A stretch of DNA of 64,000 nucleotides from a virus: the IMG/VR virus record IMGVR_UViG_3300029214_000148. One strand, written 5' to 3'. Made by a program: the position numbers and the translations under genes. Of this stretch, positions 31,116 through 39,422 are shown piece after piece. Position 1 is the first letter of the stretch; the number at the start of each line of letters is the position of its first letter. The notes beneath the pieces were generated by a model, which made no database searches, was not told where the DNA came from, and saw nothing but the letters and a program-made list of their open reading frames with translations.

Positions 31116-32900
31116 ATGAGTGGTTTACCATTTGATCCTATTATTATTGCGGTTGTCGCGGTCGTTGTGATCCTTATCGGCATACTTGCCAGCGGGTATG
31201 TCAAAGCGCCGGCAGACAAGGCATACATCATTTCCGGACTTAAGAAAGTTCCGAAGGTGTTAATTGGCCGGGCAGGAATTAAGATTCCTTTTCTGGAAAG
31301 AAAAGACGAACTTCTGTTAAAGCAGATCGGTATTGATATTAAAACCGGAGGCTATGTTCCAACGAAAGATTTCATCGGTGTTGATATTGATGCGATTGCA
31401 AAAATCCGTCTGATTTCCATGCAGGATGTAGGCAAAGAGAAAACCTATACCAGAACAATCGTTGATGAGATTGTTGACGGCAGCAATACAAAAGATGGAG
31501 ATAAAGAATATTCAACTCATACAGAAACTGTTACAATCAAGATTACAGAAGATATGGCGCGTGCGGCAATGCGGAATTTCCTTAATATGAAAGAATCCAA
31601 CATTGTTGAAGCTTTACAGGATTCTTTACAGGGAAATATGAGAGAAATCGTTGGTACGCAGACATTGCGTGCTTTGTGCCAGGATCGTAAATCTTTTGGT
31701 GATGAGGTTCAGAGCAAAGCGCAGCCGGATATGAATGCCCTCGGTGTATGGATCGAGTCCTGCAATATTCAGCGTATTGAGGACGAACAGGATCTGATCA
31801 ATGCTCTTGGTATGGATAACATGGCTGCTATCCAGAAGAGTGCAAGCATTGCAAAGGCAGAGGCTGACAAAGACGTTGCGATTGCACAGGCGAAGGCAGC
31901 AAGAGAAGCAAATGATGCAAAAGTCGCCGCTGATACGGAAATTGCTGAGAAGCAGAACGAGCTTGCAATCAAAAAGGCAGAATTACAGCAGCTCTCTGAC
32001 ACAAAGAAGGCGATTGCGGATGCTGCTTATAAGATTCAGGAACAGGAACAGCGTAAAGCGATTGAGACAGCAAAAGTTAATGCAGATATTGCAGAGCAGG
32101 AAAGAACTGTTGAACTTCGCGAGAAGGAAGCACAGGTTGCAGAACAGACACTTAATGCGACGGTAAAGAAGCAGGCGGATGCAGATAAGTACAGCAGACA
32201 GCAGGCTGCAGAAGCAAATCTGATTGAAAAATCCCGTCAGGCTGATGCAGAAAAATATCAGCAGGAGAAGGAAGCAGAAATCCAAAAGATTAAGGCAGAG
32301 GCCGATAAGGAAGCGAAGAAAAAAGAAGCAGAAGGTATTCTTGCAATCAAGAGATCAGAAGCAGAAGGTATCGCCGCTGTAGGTAAAGCAGAAGCTCAGG
32401 CAATCGAAGCAAAAGGTATTGCAGAAGCTCAAGCAATGGAGAAAAAAGCAGAAGCTTATTCAAAGTATAACAAGGCTGCTGTTGCAGAAATGACGATCAA
32501 AATGCTTCCAGAGCTTGCAGCCAAAGTTGCTGAGCCGCTTGGACAGATTGACAAAATCACAATCATCGGAGGCGGCGATGGCAGCAATGGTATCGAACAG
32601 GTTGCCGGGAATGTTCCTGTTGTTATGGCGAAGGTCTTTGAGAGTGTCAAAGAAGCTACAGGGATAGATCTGACAAGTATTGTTAATGCTGAGTCTTACG
32701 ATGCGAAGGTTAACCGCAATGTTAATTTAACCGGTATCAAAGATACGGTGGCAATTTCCGGCGGATCAAAGAGTGATACTGACGCAGATAAAACCGAGAA
32801 TTCCGGCATCGATTCTGATTTATCAGGAGAAAATGCAGAGGTCATCCGTTCTTTGGCAGAAAATGCTAATCAGGAATCAGCTGACAGTAATCTGGACTAA
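31116..32900 (+). CDS. SPFH/band-7 flotillin-like protein (YqiK/FloA-like)
   Basis: 594 aa; N-terminal membrane hairpin; SPFH core; long Ala/Glu/Lys coiled coil (AEAEK repeats). Confidence 0.7.
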   Translation: MSGLPFDPIIIAVVAVVVILIGILASGYVKAPADKAYIISGLKKVPKVLIGRAGIKIPFLERKDELLLKQIGIDIKTGGYVPTKDFIGVDIDAIAKIRLISMQDVGKEKTYTRTIVDEIVDGSNTKDGDKEYSTHTETVTIKITEDMARAAMRNFLNMKESNIVEALQDSLQGNMREIVGTQTLRALCQDRKSFGDEVQSKAQPDMNALGVWIESCNIQRIEDEQDLINALGMDNMAAIQKSASIAKAEADKDVAIAQAKAAREANDAKVAADTEIAEKQNELAIKKAELQQLSDTKKAIADAAYKIQEQEQRKAIETAKVNADIAEQERTVELREKEAQVAEQTLNATVKKQADADKYSRQQAAEANLIEKSRQADAEKYQQEKEAEIQKIKAEADKEAKKKEAEGILAIKRSEAEGIAAVGKAEAQAIEAKGIAEAQAMEKKAEAYSKYNKAAVAEMTIKMLPELAAKVAEPLGQIDKITIIGGGDGSNGIEQVAGNVPVVMAKVFESVKEATGIDLTSIVNAESYDAKVNRNVNLTGIKDTVAISGGSKSDTDADKTENSGIDSDLSGENAEVIRSLAENANQESADSNLD

Positions 32901-32917
32901 CAGAATATGTAATTTAA

Positions 32918-32962
32918 GACATATACCGGGGTACTTGCGTATTCTGGTATATGTCTTTTTAT
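32918..32962 (+). terminator. rho-independent terminator
   Basis: AGACATATACC...GGTATATGTCT + T5. Confidence 0.55.
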
Positions 32963-33109
32963 GCTTTTATGGTGAGAGTTTTATTTTTGATCATGGCGAA
33001 ACGATACCAAAGAAAGTCCGGTTTGCAGTGTACGAAAAATGCAACCACCGGTGCAGTTTTTACTTCGAAAAGATCGGACTGGATATGGCGTAAGTTTTTC
33101 AAAAAATCT

Positions 33110-33136
33110 TTGACGATTTTTCAAAAGGCGCAATAT
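33110..33136 (+). promoter_or_regulatory. family-1 conserved promoter
   Basis: TTGACGATTTTTCAAAAGGCGCAATAT. Confidence 0.55.
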
Positions 33137-33139
33137 GTA

Positions 33140-33290
33140 TAGTGTAAAGGTCATAAACCGAGCTGCCAGGGTTACCGGCTGGCAGAAAATCCTTTCGAAA
33201 AATGTTTACGTTCCGGGAAATCCCCGGAAAGGATAGTGGGTACGCAGCGCAAGTTATTCCGGGTTCGACTCCCGGATATCCTTTTTCAAA
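33140..33290 (+). ncRNA. conserved structured leader RNA, copy B
   Basis: same architecture as 21262..21420; T-arm-like CCGGGTTCGACTCCCGG. Confidence 0.45.
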
Positions 33291-33319
33291 ATTGCAGGAA
33301 AAATGTGGAGGAAAAGAGA

Positions 33320-33625
33320 ATGGATGAACTGATCAAGAAACTTCGGATGTATGCAGACACATACAAAAAAGAACCAGCCGGACGGGAAGTTGAAGGTACC
33401 GTGGAATTGCTCGAAAATTCTGCAGATGCTTTGCAGGAAGCAGGGGAGGCTGTTCAAAAATTAAAGCAGAGATTTGTGGATGGAATAGATGTCCATTACC
33501 AGGGACATGATGCCGACGATTACATTGAGTGTCCTTTCTGCGGATACGAGGTTGCAGCGATCGACGATTACTGTGAGCTGCGCCCAAATCATTGTCCGAA
33601 ATGTGGAACAAAGCTGATATACTAG
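33320..33625 (+). CDS. zinc-ribbon protein
   Basis: 101 aa; CPFCG...CPKCG; RBS GGAGGAAAAGAGA. Confidence 0.5.
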   Translation: MDELIKKLRMYADTYKKEPAGREVEGTVELLENSADALQEAGEAVQKLKQRFVDGIDVHYQGHDADDYIECPFCGYEVAAIDDYCELRPNHCPKCGTKLIY

Positions 33626-33640
33626 ATATAGGAGGCTGGC

Positions 33641-33868
33641 ATGAAAGAATTGAGGAAGTTGTGCATGCACCCATTGTGCGATGCAGAGCCAAAAATGCAT
33701 ACGATTTACGAATATATCGGAAAAGCCGGGACGAAAGGTACGACAGTTTTGTGGTTCCTTGAGATCCCCAAAAAGGAGCCAAAGTGTATGGGATCAGTGA
33801 GGAAGACCATGTTTCTCCATATATGGAAGGCATGGCATTCCGGTATGCAGAATTCAAACCATACATGA
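33641..33868 (+). CDS. small hypothetical protein
   Basis: 75 aa; GGAGG RBS. Confidence 0.35.
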   Translation: MKELRKLCMHPLCDAEPKMHTIYEYIGKAGTKGTTVLWFLEIPKKEPKCMGSVRKTMFLHIWKAWHSGMQNSNHT

Positions 33869-33977
33869 TTGATGAGATTTACAGCAATGGATTCGTTGTC
33901 TGCCACGAGTGTTAGGATGAGACAAAAATGCGTGTCCAATTAACAAGAAGGAATATGCGGTAAGTAATGGAGATATT

Positions 33978-34457
33978 GTGGATATAAATGCAGAATACCA
34001 CAAAAGGGCATCAAATCTTGGCATGGAGAAGCAGAGGACTTACCTTCAGTATGAGATCTCCAAGCCAGATGTCATCAGAAAAGATCTTGAGACCGCAAAA
34101 AAGAGGCTGGAAAATGCAAAAGAAAGAAATTTTAAAACGTTGGATGAGTGGGAAGAAAAAATTGAAGCTTATACGAAAGTGTTGGAAGACAGCAAAGTAT
34201 CTTCCTTGTTTTACAATGATATTTCTAACGCCATTTCGGACGGAACAGCACAGTGCCGTATCTGTACCTTCGTTTGGCGGGGTAAATGGAAATATACGGA
34301 AAATATTTCCCTTGGAGTGTGCGTCGTGATCAAGCACATGGGGTACACCTACATTTTTGGCACAAGTCCAGACAGCCAGTATTCTCCATGTTTTGCAGTA
34401 TGGGAAAGCGAAGGAGAACCAGAGCTGGAAGAAGAAAACTACCTTATAGTCAAGTAA
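33978..34457 (+). CDS. hypothetical protein
   Basis: 159 aa; GTG start after GGAG. Confidence 0.4.
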   Translation: MDINAEYHKRASNLGMEKQRTYLQYEISKPDVIRKDLETAKKRLENAKERNFKTLDEWEEKIEAYTKVLEDSKVSSLFYNDISNAISDGTAQCRICTFVWRGKWKYTENISLGVCVVIKHMGYTYIFGTSPDSQYSPCFAVWESEGEPELEEENYLIVK

Positions 34458-34509
34458 GAAAGAAGCCGGGGAATCCCGACTTTTCTGCTGCATTGTGTGT
34501 ATATTTTAA

Positions 34510-34582
34510 CGCCGCCTGCGGGATTCGAACCCGCGGATAAAGAGTTCAAAGCTCCCTGCGTTAACCTTTTCGCCAAGGCGGA
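34510..34582 (-). tRNA. tRNA-Gln (anticodon TTG)
   Basis: Manual fold. T-arm GCGGG-TTCGAAT-CCCGC; anticodon loop CTTTGAA; D-arm GCGA/ACGC. Position 1:72 is a U-C mismatch. No encoded CCA. Confidence 0.55.
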
Positions 34583-34583
34583 G

Positions 34584-34651
34584 CACACCCGGAAGGACTC
34601 GAACCCTCGTTACCGGTTTTGGAGACCAGTTTCTGTCCATCAGACAGGTGC
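34584..34651 (-). tRNA. tRNA-Trp-like (anticodon CCA) with truncated D-arm
   Basis: Anticodon stem-loop CTGGT-CTCCAAA-ACCGG and T-arm fold well; only 68 nt; D-arm TCTG-ATGGA-CAGA is abnormally short. Confidence 0.35.
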
Positions 34652-34655
34652 ATAA

Positions 34656-34726
34656 CAGGCGATAATGGAATCGAACCATTGTTTTCTGAGTCAGAATCAG
34701 ATGTCTTACCATTGAACGAATCGCCC
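34656..34726 (-). tRNA. tRNA-Gln (anticodon CTG)
   Basis: Anticodon stem TCTGA/TCAGA perfect; loop TTCTGAC; 4-nt variable loop; acceptor GGGCGAT/ATCGCCT. Confidence 0.55.
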
Positions 34727-34728
34727 AG

Positions 34729-34802
34729 TATCCCCAAAGGGACTCGAACCCTTAACCGACAGATTAGAAATCTGTTGCTCTTTCCAATTGAGCTATGGGG
34801 GT
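34729..34802 (-). tRNA. tRNA-Arg (anticodon TCT)
   Basis: Anticodon stem ACAGA/TCTGT; loop TTTCTAA; D-arm GCTC-AATTGGAAA-GAGC; one acceptor mismatch. Confidence 0.6.
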
Positions 34803-34808
34803 ATATAG

Positions 34809-34898
34809 CGCAGACACCGGGGATCGAACCCGGACAGCGGGTGTGCCGCATGCCACATTAGCAGTGTGGAGGGGTACCATTTACCTTTATATGTCTGC
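34809..34898 (-). tRNA. tRNA-Ser (anticodon GCT), class II
   Basis: Anticodon stem CCACA-CTGCTAA-TGTGG; long variable arm GCGG-CACA-CCGC; acceptor GCAGACA/TGTCTGC. Confidence 0.6.
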
Positions 34899-34903
34899 AT
34901 AAG

Positions 34904-34975
34904 AGGCATCGGAGGGGATCGAACCCTCGCCTTCCGGGTTGCAGCCGGACGCCTTCGCCGTTTGGCTACGATGCC
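34904..34975 (-). tRNA. tRNA-Cys (anticodon GCA)
   Basis: Acceptor GGCATCG/CGATGCC perfect; anticodon stem TCCGG/CCGGA; loop CTGCAAC. Confidence 0.65.
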
Positions 34976-35005
34976 ATATAATTCTTCCCGATAAGAGAAG
35001 ATGAG

Positions 35006-35089
35006 CGCTGTGGCAGGGAGTCGAACCCTGATATCCTTTCGGAATGACGGTTTTCAGGACCGTTGCTTTACCAGTTGAGCCACCACAGC
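35006..35089 (-). tRNA. tRNA-Ser-like (anticodon TGA), class II, with C at position 33
   Basis: Acceptor GCTGTGG/CCACAGC; anticodon stem ACGGT/ACCGT; loop CCTGAAA; variable arm TCC-GAAA-GGA. Confidence 0.5.
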
Positions 35090-35197
35090 AAAAATAAAAG
35101 CATACACCTCTCAATCGAAAGATGTATGCTTTGTAATTCCAGGTATTTCCAATATTCTCCCGGAAATTTTCCTACAATGACCACATTTCTTTCAATT

Positions 35198-35278
35198 TGA
35201 GACAATATTTATTTGCACGACAACTACGCCAGATACATGACTGCGACTGACTCATACTTGCCTGTGAATATTGTCTCA
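35198..35278. repeat. 12-bp inverted repeat pair (TGAGACAATATT ... AATATTGTCTCA) separated by 57 bp, inside the tRNA cluster gap
   Basis: read directly; lies between the two tRNA sub-clusters. Confidence 0.5.
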
Positions 35279-35334
35279 TTACTGCTGTAATCATTGATTT
35301 TCCCTTCCTTTCCTTGGTTTTCTTGAATATTTAG

Positions 35335-35408
35335 TGTGTCTGGTGGGACTTGAACCCGACGACCCCACGATTAAAAGTCGCGTGCTCTGCCAACTGAGCT
35401 ACAGACAC
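35335..35408 (-). tRNA. tRNA-Lys (anticodon TTT)
   Basis: Acceptor GTGTCTG/CAGACAC perfect; D-arm GCTC-AGTTGGCA-GAGC; anticodon loop CTTTTAA; weak T-stem. Confidence 0.6.
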
Positions 35409-35413
35409 ATAAG

Positions 35414-35485
35414 CGGATCAGGAGGGAATCGAACCCTCATCTTCCGGTAGACAGCCGGATGTACTAGCCGCTATACTACAGATCC
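35414..35485 (-). tRNA. tRNA-Asp (anticodon GTC) with U at position 37
   Basis: Anticodon stem TCCGG/CCGGA; loop CTGTCTA; D-arm GTAT-AGCGGCTA-GTAC. Confidence 0.55.
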
Positions 35486-35489
35486 ATAA

Positions 35490-35562
35490 AGCTCCCGTCC
35501 GGCTTCGAACCGGAAACCTTCTGATTACAAGTCAGATGCACTACCAGTTGTGCTACAGGAGC
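35490..35562 (-). tRNA. tRNA-Thr (anticodon TGT)
   Basis: Acceptor GCTCCTG/CGGGAGC; D-arm GCAC-AACTGGTA-GTGC; anticodon stem TCTGA/TCAGA. Confidence 0.65.
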
Positions 35563-35646
35563 AGGAACACTTCCGACGGGTGCTGCCCCGCTATCTCCGC
35601 CGTGACAGGGCGGTGACTCTGTTGTTTGTCCTCGGAAGTAAATAAG

Positions 35647-35728
35647 TGCGCCGGGGAGGACTCGAACCTCCGGTGTTTCTTTGTGGCTGATTTACAGTCA
35701 GCTGCTGTCGCCTCTGAGCCACCGACGC
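35647..35728 (-). tRNA. tRNA-Tyr (anticodon GTA), class II
   Basis: Acceptor GCGTCGG/CCGGCGC; anticodon stem GCTGA-CTGTAAA-TCAGC; long variable arm. Confidence 0.6.
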
Positions 35729-35733
35729 ATAAG

Positions 35734-35806
35734 CTGGTCCGGAGGGTCTCGAACCCTCAACGCCCCGGTTAACAGCCGGGTGCTCTACCATTGAGCTACG
35801 GATCAG
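35734..35806 (-). tRNA. tRNA-Asn (anticodon GTT)
   Basis: Anticodon stem CCCGG/CCGGG; loop CTGTTAA; D-arm GCTC-AATGGTA-GAGC. Confidence 0.6.
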
Positions 35807-35878
35807 AGCATGTGACGGGTCTCGAACCCGCCCGTCCTGCTTGGAAGGCAGGTGTGCCGCCAACAACACTTCACATGC
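35807..35878 (-). tRNA. tRNA-Gly (anticodon TCC)
   Basis: Acceptor GCATGTG/CACATGC perfect; anticodon stem CCTGC/GCAGG; loop CTTCCAA; A at position 8. Confidence 0.6.
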
Positions 35879-36431
35879 ATGCGGATAAAAGAAGTGCCTG
35901 TTTTCTCTTATCCATTCAGTTTTTTACCGCATCGCTGCGGAGTGGACAGGAGTGGTAACGATCCACCCTGTAAGGATTTTCAGTCCTTCGCTAATCCATC
36001 TCAGCTACCTGTCCATGGCTTTTTCTGCAATAAAAAAGCCGCATCAAGAAATTTCCTCTTCTCTCTGCGGTCATCTGCGTTTTGCAATATTTCGGTTTTA
36101 AGTGCCTGGTTTAAAATCGAAATCGACCGCGGGAAGGTGTATCATAATAGTTCTGTCCCCATGTTTTCCCGGATTTTGAGCATGAGAAACTAAACATATT
36201 GCTGAAATCGCCGTATGTTCTACAATCATTATTAAAATTTTTACTACTCATCATCTTTAACATGGTTTTCTTTTCCTTTCATTTTAATTAATGCTGGATA
36301 AACAAAAAGCCCGTCACTTAACTCAAAGCTACACATCCAAATAGCTCTGAGTTAAAAGACAGGCACTTCTTTTATCTCATGCACCTATCATATCATACTG
36401 ATCGTGAAGTGTCAACAGGAAATTTAAAAAA

Positions 36432-36500
36432 GGTTATTTTTGGTTATTTTGGTTATTTTTCAAAATAAAACAAAATAAAACAAAATAAAACAAATAAAAA
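36432..36500. repeat. tandem repeats GGTTATTTT x3 and CAAAATAAAA x4
   Basis: read directly, in the 3-prime flank of the minus-strand gene. Confidence 0.6.
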
Positions 36501-36526
36501 TCTCCGCCAAAATAGACGGAGATTTG
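36501..36526 (-). terminator. terminator for the minus-strand gene
   Basis: TCTCCGCCAAAATAGACGGAGA hairpin followed on the minus strand by a T-rich run. Confidence 0.55.
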
Positions 36527-36530
36527 AAAA

Positions 36531-37151
36531 TTAACAGGTTAATTCGTAGTCGTACAGATCGAGCGGCGTTTTGTTTCCGCTGGACCACTCAAACTCTTCG
36601 TTGTCCCAAATGCTGCGGGCGTTGTTCAGATTGATCTCATCCGCCAGTACCTTTTCTTCGATATTAATGAACCGTTCCAAAGATTCTTTGAAGCGGTTGA
36701 TGACTTCCTCGGGATTCTTTGAATGCCAGCTGTATTCGTCGAAAAACCTTCCACTGGCGGTAATTGTTAATTCCTCGCCGTTATCCGACAATCCAGATAA
36801 TTCAAGTGTAACCATTCCCTCGGAAATATCGCTATAATATTCGCCTGGTTTGTTGGTATCGTTGATTTTGTTCCCTAGTTCTTCCGCTTTTTCCATCATG
36901 CCCCAAATTTCCCCTGGAAGCGTAAGGTAGTCTTCTGGATAGTGTTCCACGGTTGGGTTGATTTCCTCTTGCAGGAGATCTTCAACAAAATTGTCTCCTT
37001 TAAAAATAGCAAAAGAGTCGACACCTCTTGCGGAAACCTCAACTTTCCCGCATTTGCATGGGAATATTTTAAAAAGTCTTCTATCTCGAGTGTCATAAGC
37101 TACTGAAAAAATGCCGCATTCTTTGCATTTAAAATTTCTTTGTGTTTTCAT
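36531..37151 (-). CDS. hypothetical protein with N-terminal zinc ribbon
   Basis: 206 aa from internal Met (MKTQRNFKCKECG...CKCGKV) preceded by GGGAGAAAAATC; family-2 promoter upstream on the minus strand. Confidence 0.5.
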   Translation of the reverse strand: MKTQRNFKCKECGIFSVAYDTRDRRLFKIFPCKCGKVEVSARGVDSFAIFKGDNFVEDLLQEEINPTVEHYPEDYLTLPGEIWGMMEKAEELGNKINDTNKPGEYYSDISEGMVTLELSGLSDNGEELTITASGRFFDEYSWHSKNPEEVINRFKESLERFINIEEKVLADEINLNNARSIWDNEEFEWSSGNKTPLDLYDYELTC

Positions 37152-37159
37152 GATTTTTC

Positions 37160-37215
37160 TCCCTTCATCAATGGTTTTATTTACACTTTTAATATGAAAT
37201 ATTAAAAATATTTCA
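37160..37215 (-). promoter_or_regulatory. family-2 promoter/leader on minus strand
   Basis: TTTCATATTAAAAGTGTAAATAAAACC ... GAAGGGAG. Confidence 0.4.
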
Positions 37216-37234
37216 AAAAATTTCCCGGAAATTT

Positions 37235-37261
37235 TTGACGAAATTTCAAAAGGCGCAATAT
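37235..37261 (+). promoter_or_regulatory. family-1 conserved promoter, divergent from the minus-strand family-2 promoter
   Basis: TTGACGAAATTTCAAAAGGCGCAATAT. Confidence 0.5.
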
Positions 37262-37289
37262 ATGTAATGAAAGGAGGAGGAAATACAAA

Positions 37290-37622
37290 TTGGAATGTTT
37301 GACATGCAAGAAACACTGGTCGCAGGGAGGCCGCTATTCAGAGAACGTGAGAAACTGCCTGCATTATGAGGAAGAACCAAGAGGAAAAATGGTCCGCACA
37401 GAACTGTCTTTTCGTATGGATGCAGAGGCGGAAACTCCGGTGGTCAGATTTGGAGAGAAAATACTGGTTTCCGATGGTTCAAAAGCGGTCGAGATGACTG
37501 TGGTCAAGATCAACTGGGTTAATCTTCGGGATATGCTCTGCAATGTATCCGCGGATTATCATGAGAATGAGATGCCGCGATTTGAGAAAGAAAAGAAGTT
37601 CAAAGCATTACATGGAAAATAG
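37290..37622 (+). CDS. hypothetical protein
   Basis: 110 aa; TTG start after AGGAGGAGG; its stop abuts a small CRISPR array. Confidence 0.4.
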   Translation: MECLTCKKHWSQGGRYSENVRNCLHYEEEPRGKMVRTELSFRMDAEAETPVVRFGEKILVSDGSKAVEMTVVKINWVNLRDMLCNVSADYHENEMPRFEKEKKFKALHGK

Positions 37623-37728
37623 TTGCATTCCAGTGGAATGCATGGGGTGAAAGAAATAGGCAAATCGCATGACAATTTCTGAAATTAAATTGTTGCGCTC
37701 CCGTGGAGGGGGGCGTATGGATTGAAAT
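37622..37728 (+). CRISPR. small array, 2 degenerate repeats + 1 spacer, in the 3-prime UTR
   Basis: GTTGCATTCCAGTGGAATGCATGGGGTGAAAG / 38-nt spacer / GTTGCGCTCCCGTGGAGGGGGGCGTATGGATTGAAAT. Confidence 0.55.
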
Positions 37729-37875
37729 GTGGAATCCTGTGATTGGCACATACTTGGGTGTAGTGCAGAAAAAGTGACTCATTACAGATCACTTTCGATG
37801 AAAATTTGCTTTGCGATTTTTCCGATCACCCAATTTGGAATGTCGCTGCGGCATCCAGAATGGATTTCTCCGTTT

Positions 37876-38058
37876 TCAACAAAAAAAGAATGCGGATTCT
37901 TCCGTTTTCATGCGGTCTAAAGCTTGCGCAGAAAAATATAAGGAATGGTGGAAGTCGCATCTTTGTGCCTCCTCATATGTATGGACTTCCTCTATTTTCC
38001 CATCGATCAGGCTGACACAGCCGGACCAGAACTCTTTTCCTTCGAATATTGCTGCCAT
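37876..38058 (-). CDS. small hypothetical protein
   Basis: 60 aa; GAAAGGAGCAAAAC-ATG with a family-2 promoter on the minus strand. Confidence 0.4.
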   Translation of the reverse strand: MAAIFEGKEFWSGCVSLIDGKIEEVHTYEEAQRCDFHHSLYFSAQALDRMKTEESAFFFC

Positions 38059-38135
38059 GTTTTGCTCCTTTCAAAATACTTTCGTTTACACTTTCAATAT
38101 GAAATGAAAATATTTCAAAACATTTCCAAAAACTT

Positions 38136-38162
38136 TTGACGATTTTTTAAATGGCGCAATAT
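38136..38162 (+). promoter_or_regulatory. family-1 conserved promoter
   Basis: TTGACGATTTTTTAAATGGCGCAATAT. Confidence 0.55.
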
Positions 38163-38335
38163 GTATCATGTAAAGGTCATAAACCGAGCTGCCAGGGTTA
38201 TCGGCTGGCAGAAATCTTTTCGATATTTGTTTACACTCCGGGGAAACCCGGAAGGGGTAGTGAGGACGCAGCGTGTGCTGTTTCCGGGTTCGATTCCCGG
38301 GTATCCCTTTTGACTGCCACATACGGTCTTCTCAA
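38163..38335 (+). ncRNA. conserved structured leader RNA, copy C
   Basis: same core as copies A and B; T-arm-like CCGGGTTCGATTCCCGGG; followed by about 250 nt of extra leader before the gene. Confidence 0.45.
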
Positions 38336-38589
38336 AATTCAGCCGTCTGCGGCCTGTGGAACTTTCCACTGGACCAAAATAACGATAACCGCCAGAATAA
38401 CAGCAGCGTGCGTTGGCGTGAGAACTATCGGCGCACAGGGATTACTCCTTTCATATTTATCTATCAAACCTTTCCGTACATCGTATGGAAAGGTTATGGG
38501 ACAGCAGGTGCATAGACATGAACTATTCCGGGATCGTTTCCCGGATGTTCCATTTTTAAAACATTAAAACAAATCATAGGAGGGAATTG

Positions 38590-39315
38590 ATGATGGAGAA
38601 AGAAGTAGTATATGTTGCAGAACTGGATTCCGATGTTGATGATGTCGTTGCGGCACATTACTTATTTAACGAGGGTGTGTTAAAGTGTGTAGTATGCGAT
38701 CCATATCCAAGAACACCGGAGGGGTTGGCACGAAAGGGAAAGCTGGAAGCGCTTGGCATCGATGTGGTTAAGAAAATGCCACCGGTTGCAAAATATGTGT
38801 TTGTTGGCGGCGCTCTTACGGCTGTTGCTGGCTATATCCGGATGCACCATGTCGACTGGCTGGTAATGAACGGAGGCTTTGTTGGAGCAAATATTGCGAC
38901 CTTTGAACTGGATAAGTTCAAGGGGAAGAACACTGTCCGTACCTTCAATTTCAACTGCGATGTTGTGGCTGCAGATACGGTTTTGAAAACTGATGAGAAG
39001 CATATTTCTCATATTGTTCTTGTCGGAAAAAACGTCTGCCATGACGTCCGAAATACGAAAAATGGTCTCTGGAGTGGCGAGAAATACAAGAAATTGTTCG
39101 ATGAGTACCGGGTTAAGGATGAGAAGCGTCAACACGACTTGCTTGCCTGCCATGAGGGGCTTGCATTTCTGCGGGGAACCAATGCGATCTGTGAGTATGA
39201 GATGGTAAGACCATACAACACAGGCTTGAATGGCAAGCTGACGCAGTGGGGTAGCACAAAAACCATGGAAACACCATATCGCGAAGTGCTTGCTGCTGTT
39301 GGCTACCAGAATTAA
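38590..39315 (+). CDS. hypothetical protein, possible nucleoside-hydrolase-like fold
   Basis: N-terminal VYVAELDSDVDDVVAA loosely resembles the aspartate-cluster motif of nucleoside hydrolases; strong RBS AGGAGGG. Confidence 0.35.
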   Translation: MMEKEVVYVAELDSDVDDVVAAHYLFNEGVLKCVVCDPYPRTPEGLARKGKLEALGIDVVKKMPPVAKYVFVGGALTAVAGYIRMHHVDWLVMNGGFVGANIATFELDKFKGKNTVRTFNFNCDVVAADTVLKTDEKHISHIVLVGKNVCHDVRNTKNGLWSGEKYKKLFDEYRVKDEKRQHDLLACHEGLAFLRGTNAICEYEMVRPYNTGLNGKLTQWGSTKTMETPYREVLAAVGYQN

Positions 39316-39317
39316 AA

Positions 39318-39422
39318 GCTGCATCATGTGCGGGGGTGTATGGATTGAAATGTCGGAGTATGGTGTAAGAATCATATATATTCCTACGTTGTGCTCCTCC
39401 CGGTTGGTGCATGGGTTGAAAT
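39318..39422 (+). CRISPR. small array, 2 degenerate repeats + 1 spacer, in the 3-prime UTR
   Basis: GCTGCATCATGTGCGGGGGTGTATGGATTGAAAT / 36-nt spacer / GTTGTGCTCCTCCCGGTTGGTGCATGGGTTGAAAT. Confidence 0.5.

Noticed and set aside
31769-32285. Alternative-frame ORFs inside the flotillin coiled-coil region
   Set aside because: The repetitive GCA/GAA/AAG codons give open frames in every register. Only the plus frame carries the SPFH domain.
34506-35869. ORFs overlapping the tRNA cluster (34506..34712-, 34561..34851-, 34619..34861+, 34887..35114-, 35591..35869-)
   Set aside because: The region is fully accounted for by tRNA genes. The ORF translations are GC-rich stem artefacts.
36432-36526. Tandem A/T-rich repeats as a replication origin or iterons
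   Set aside because: Only 3 to 4 short copies, with no adjacent rep gene. More simply they are the U-rich tail of the minus-strand terminator.
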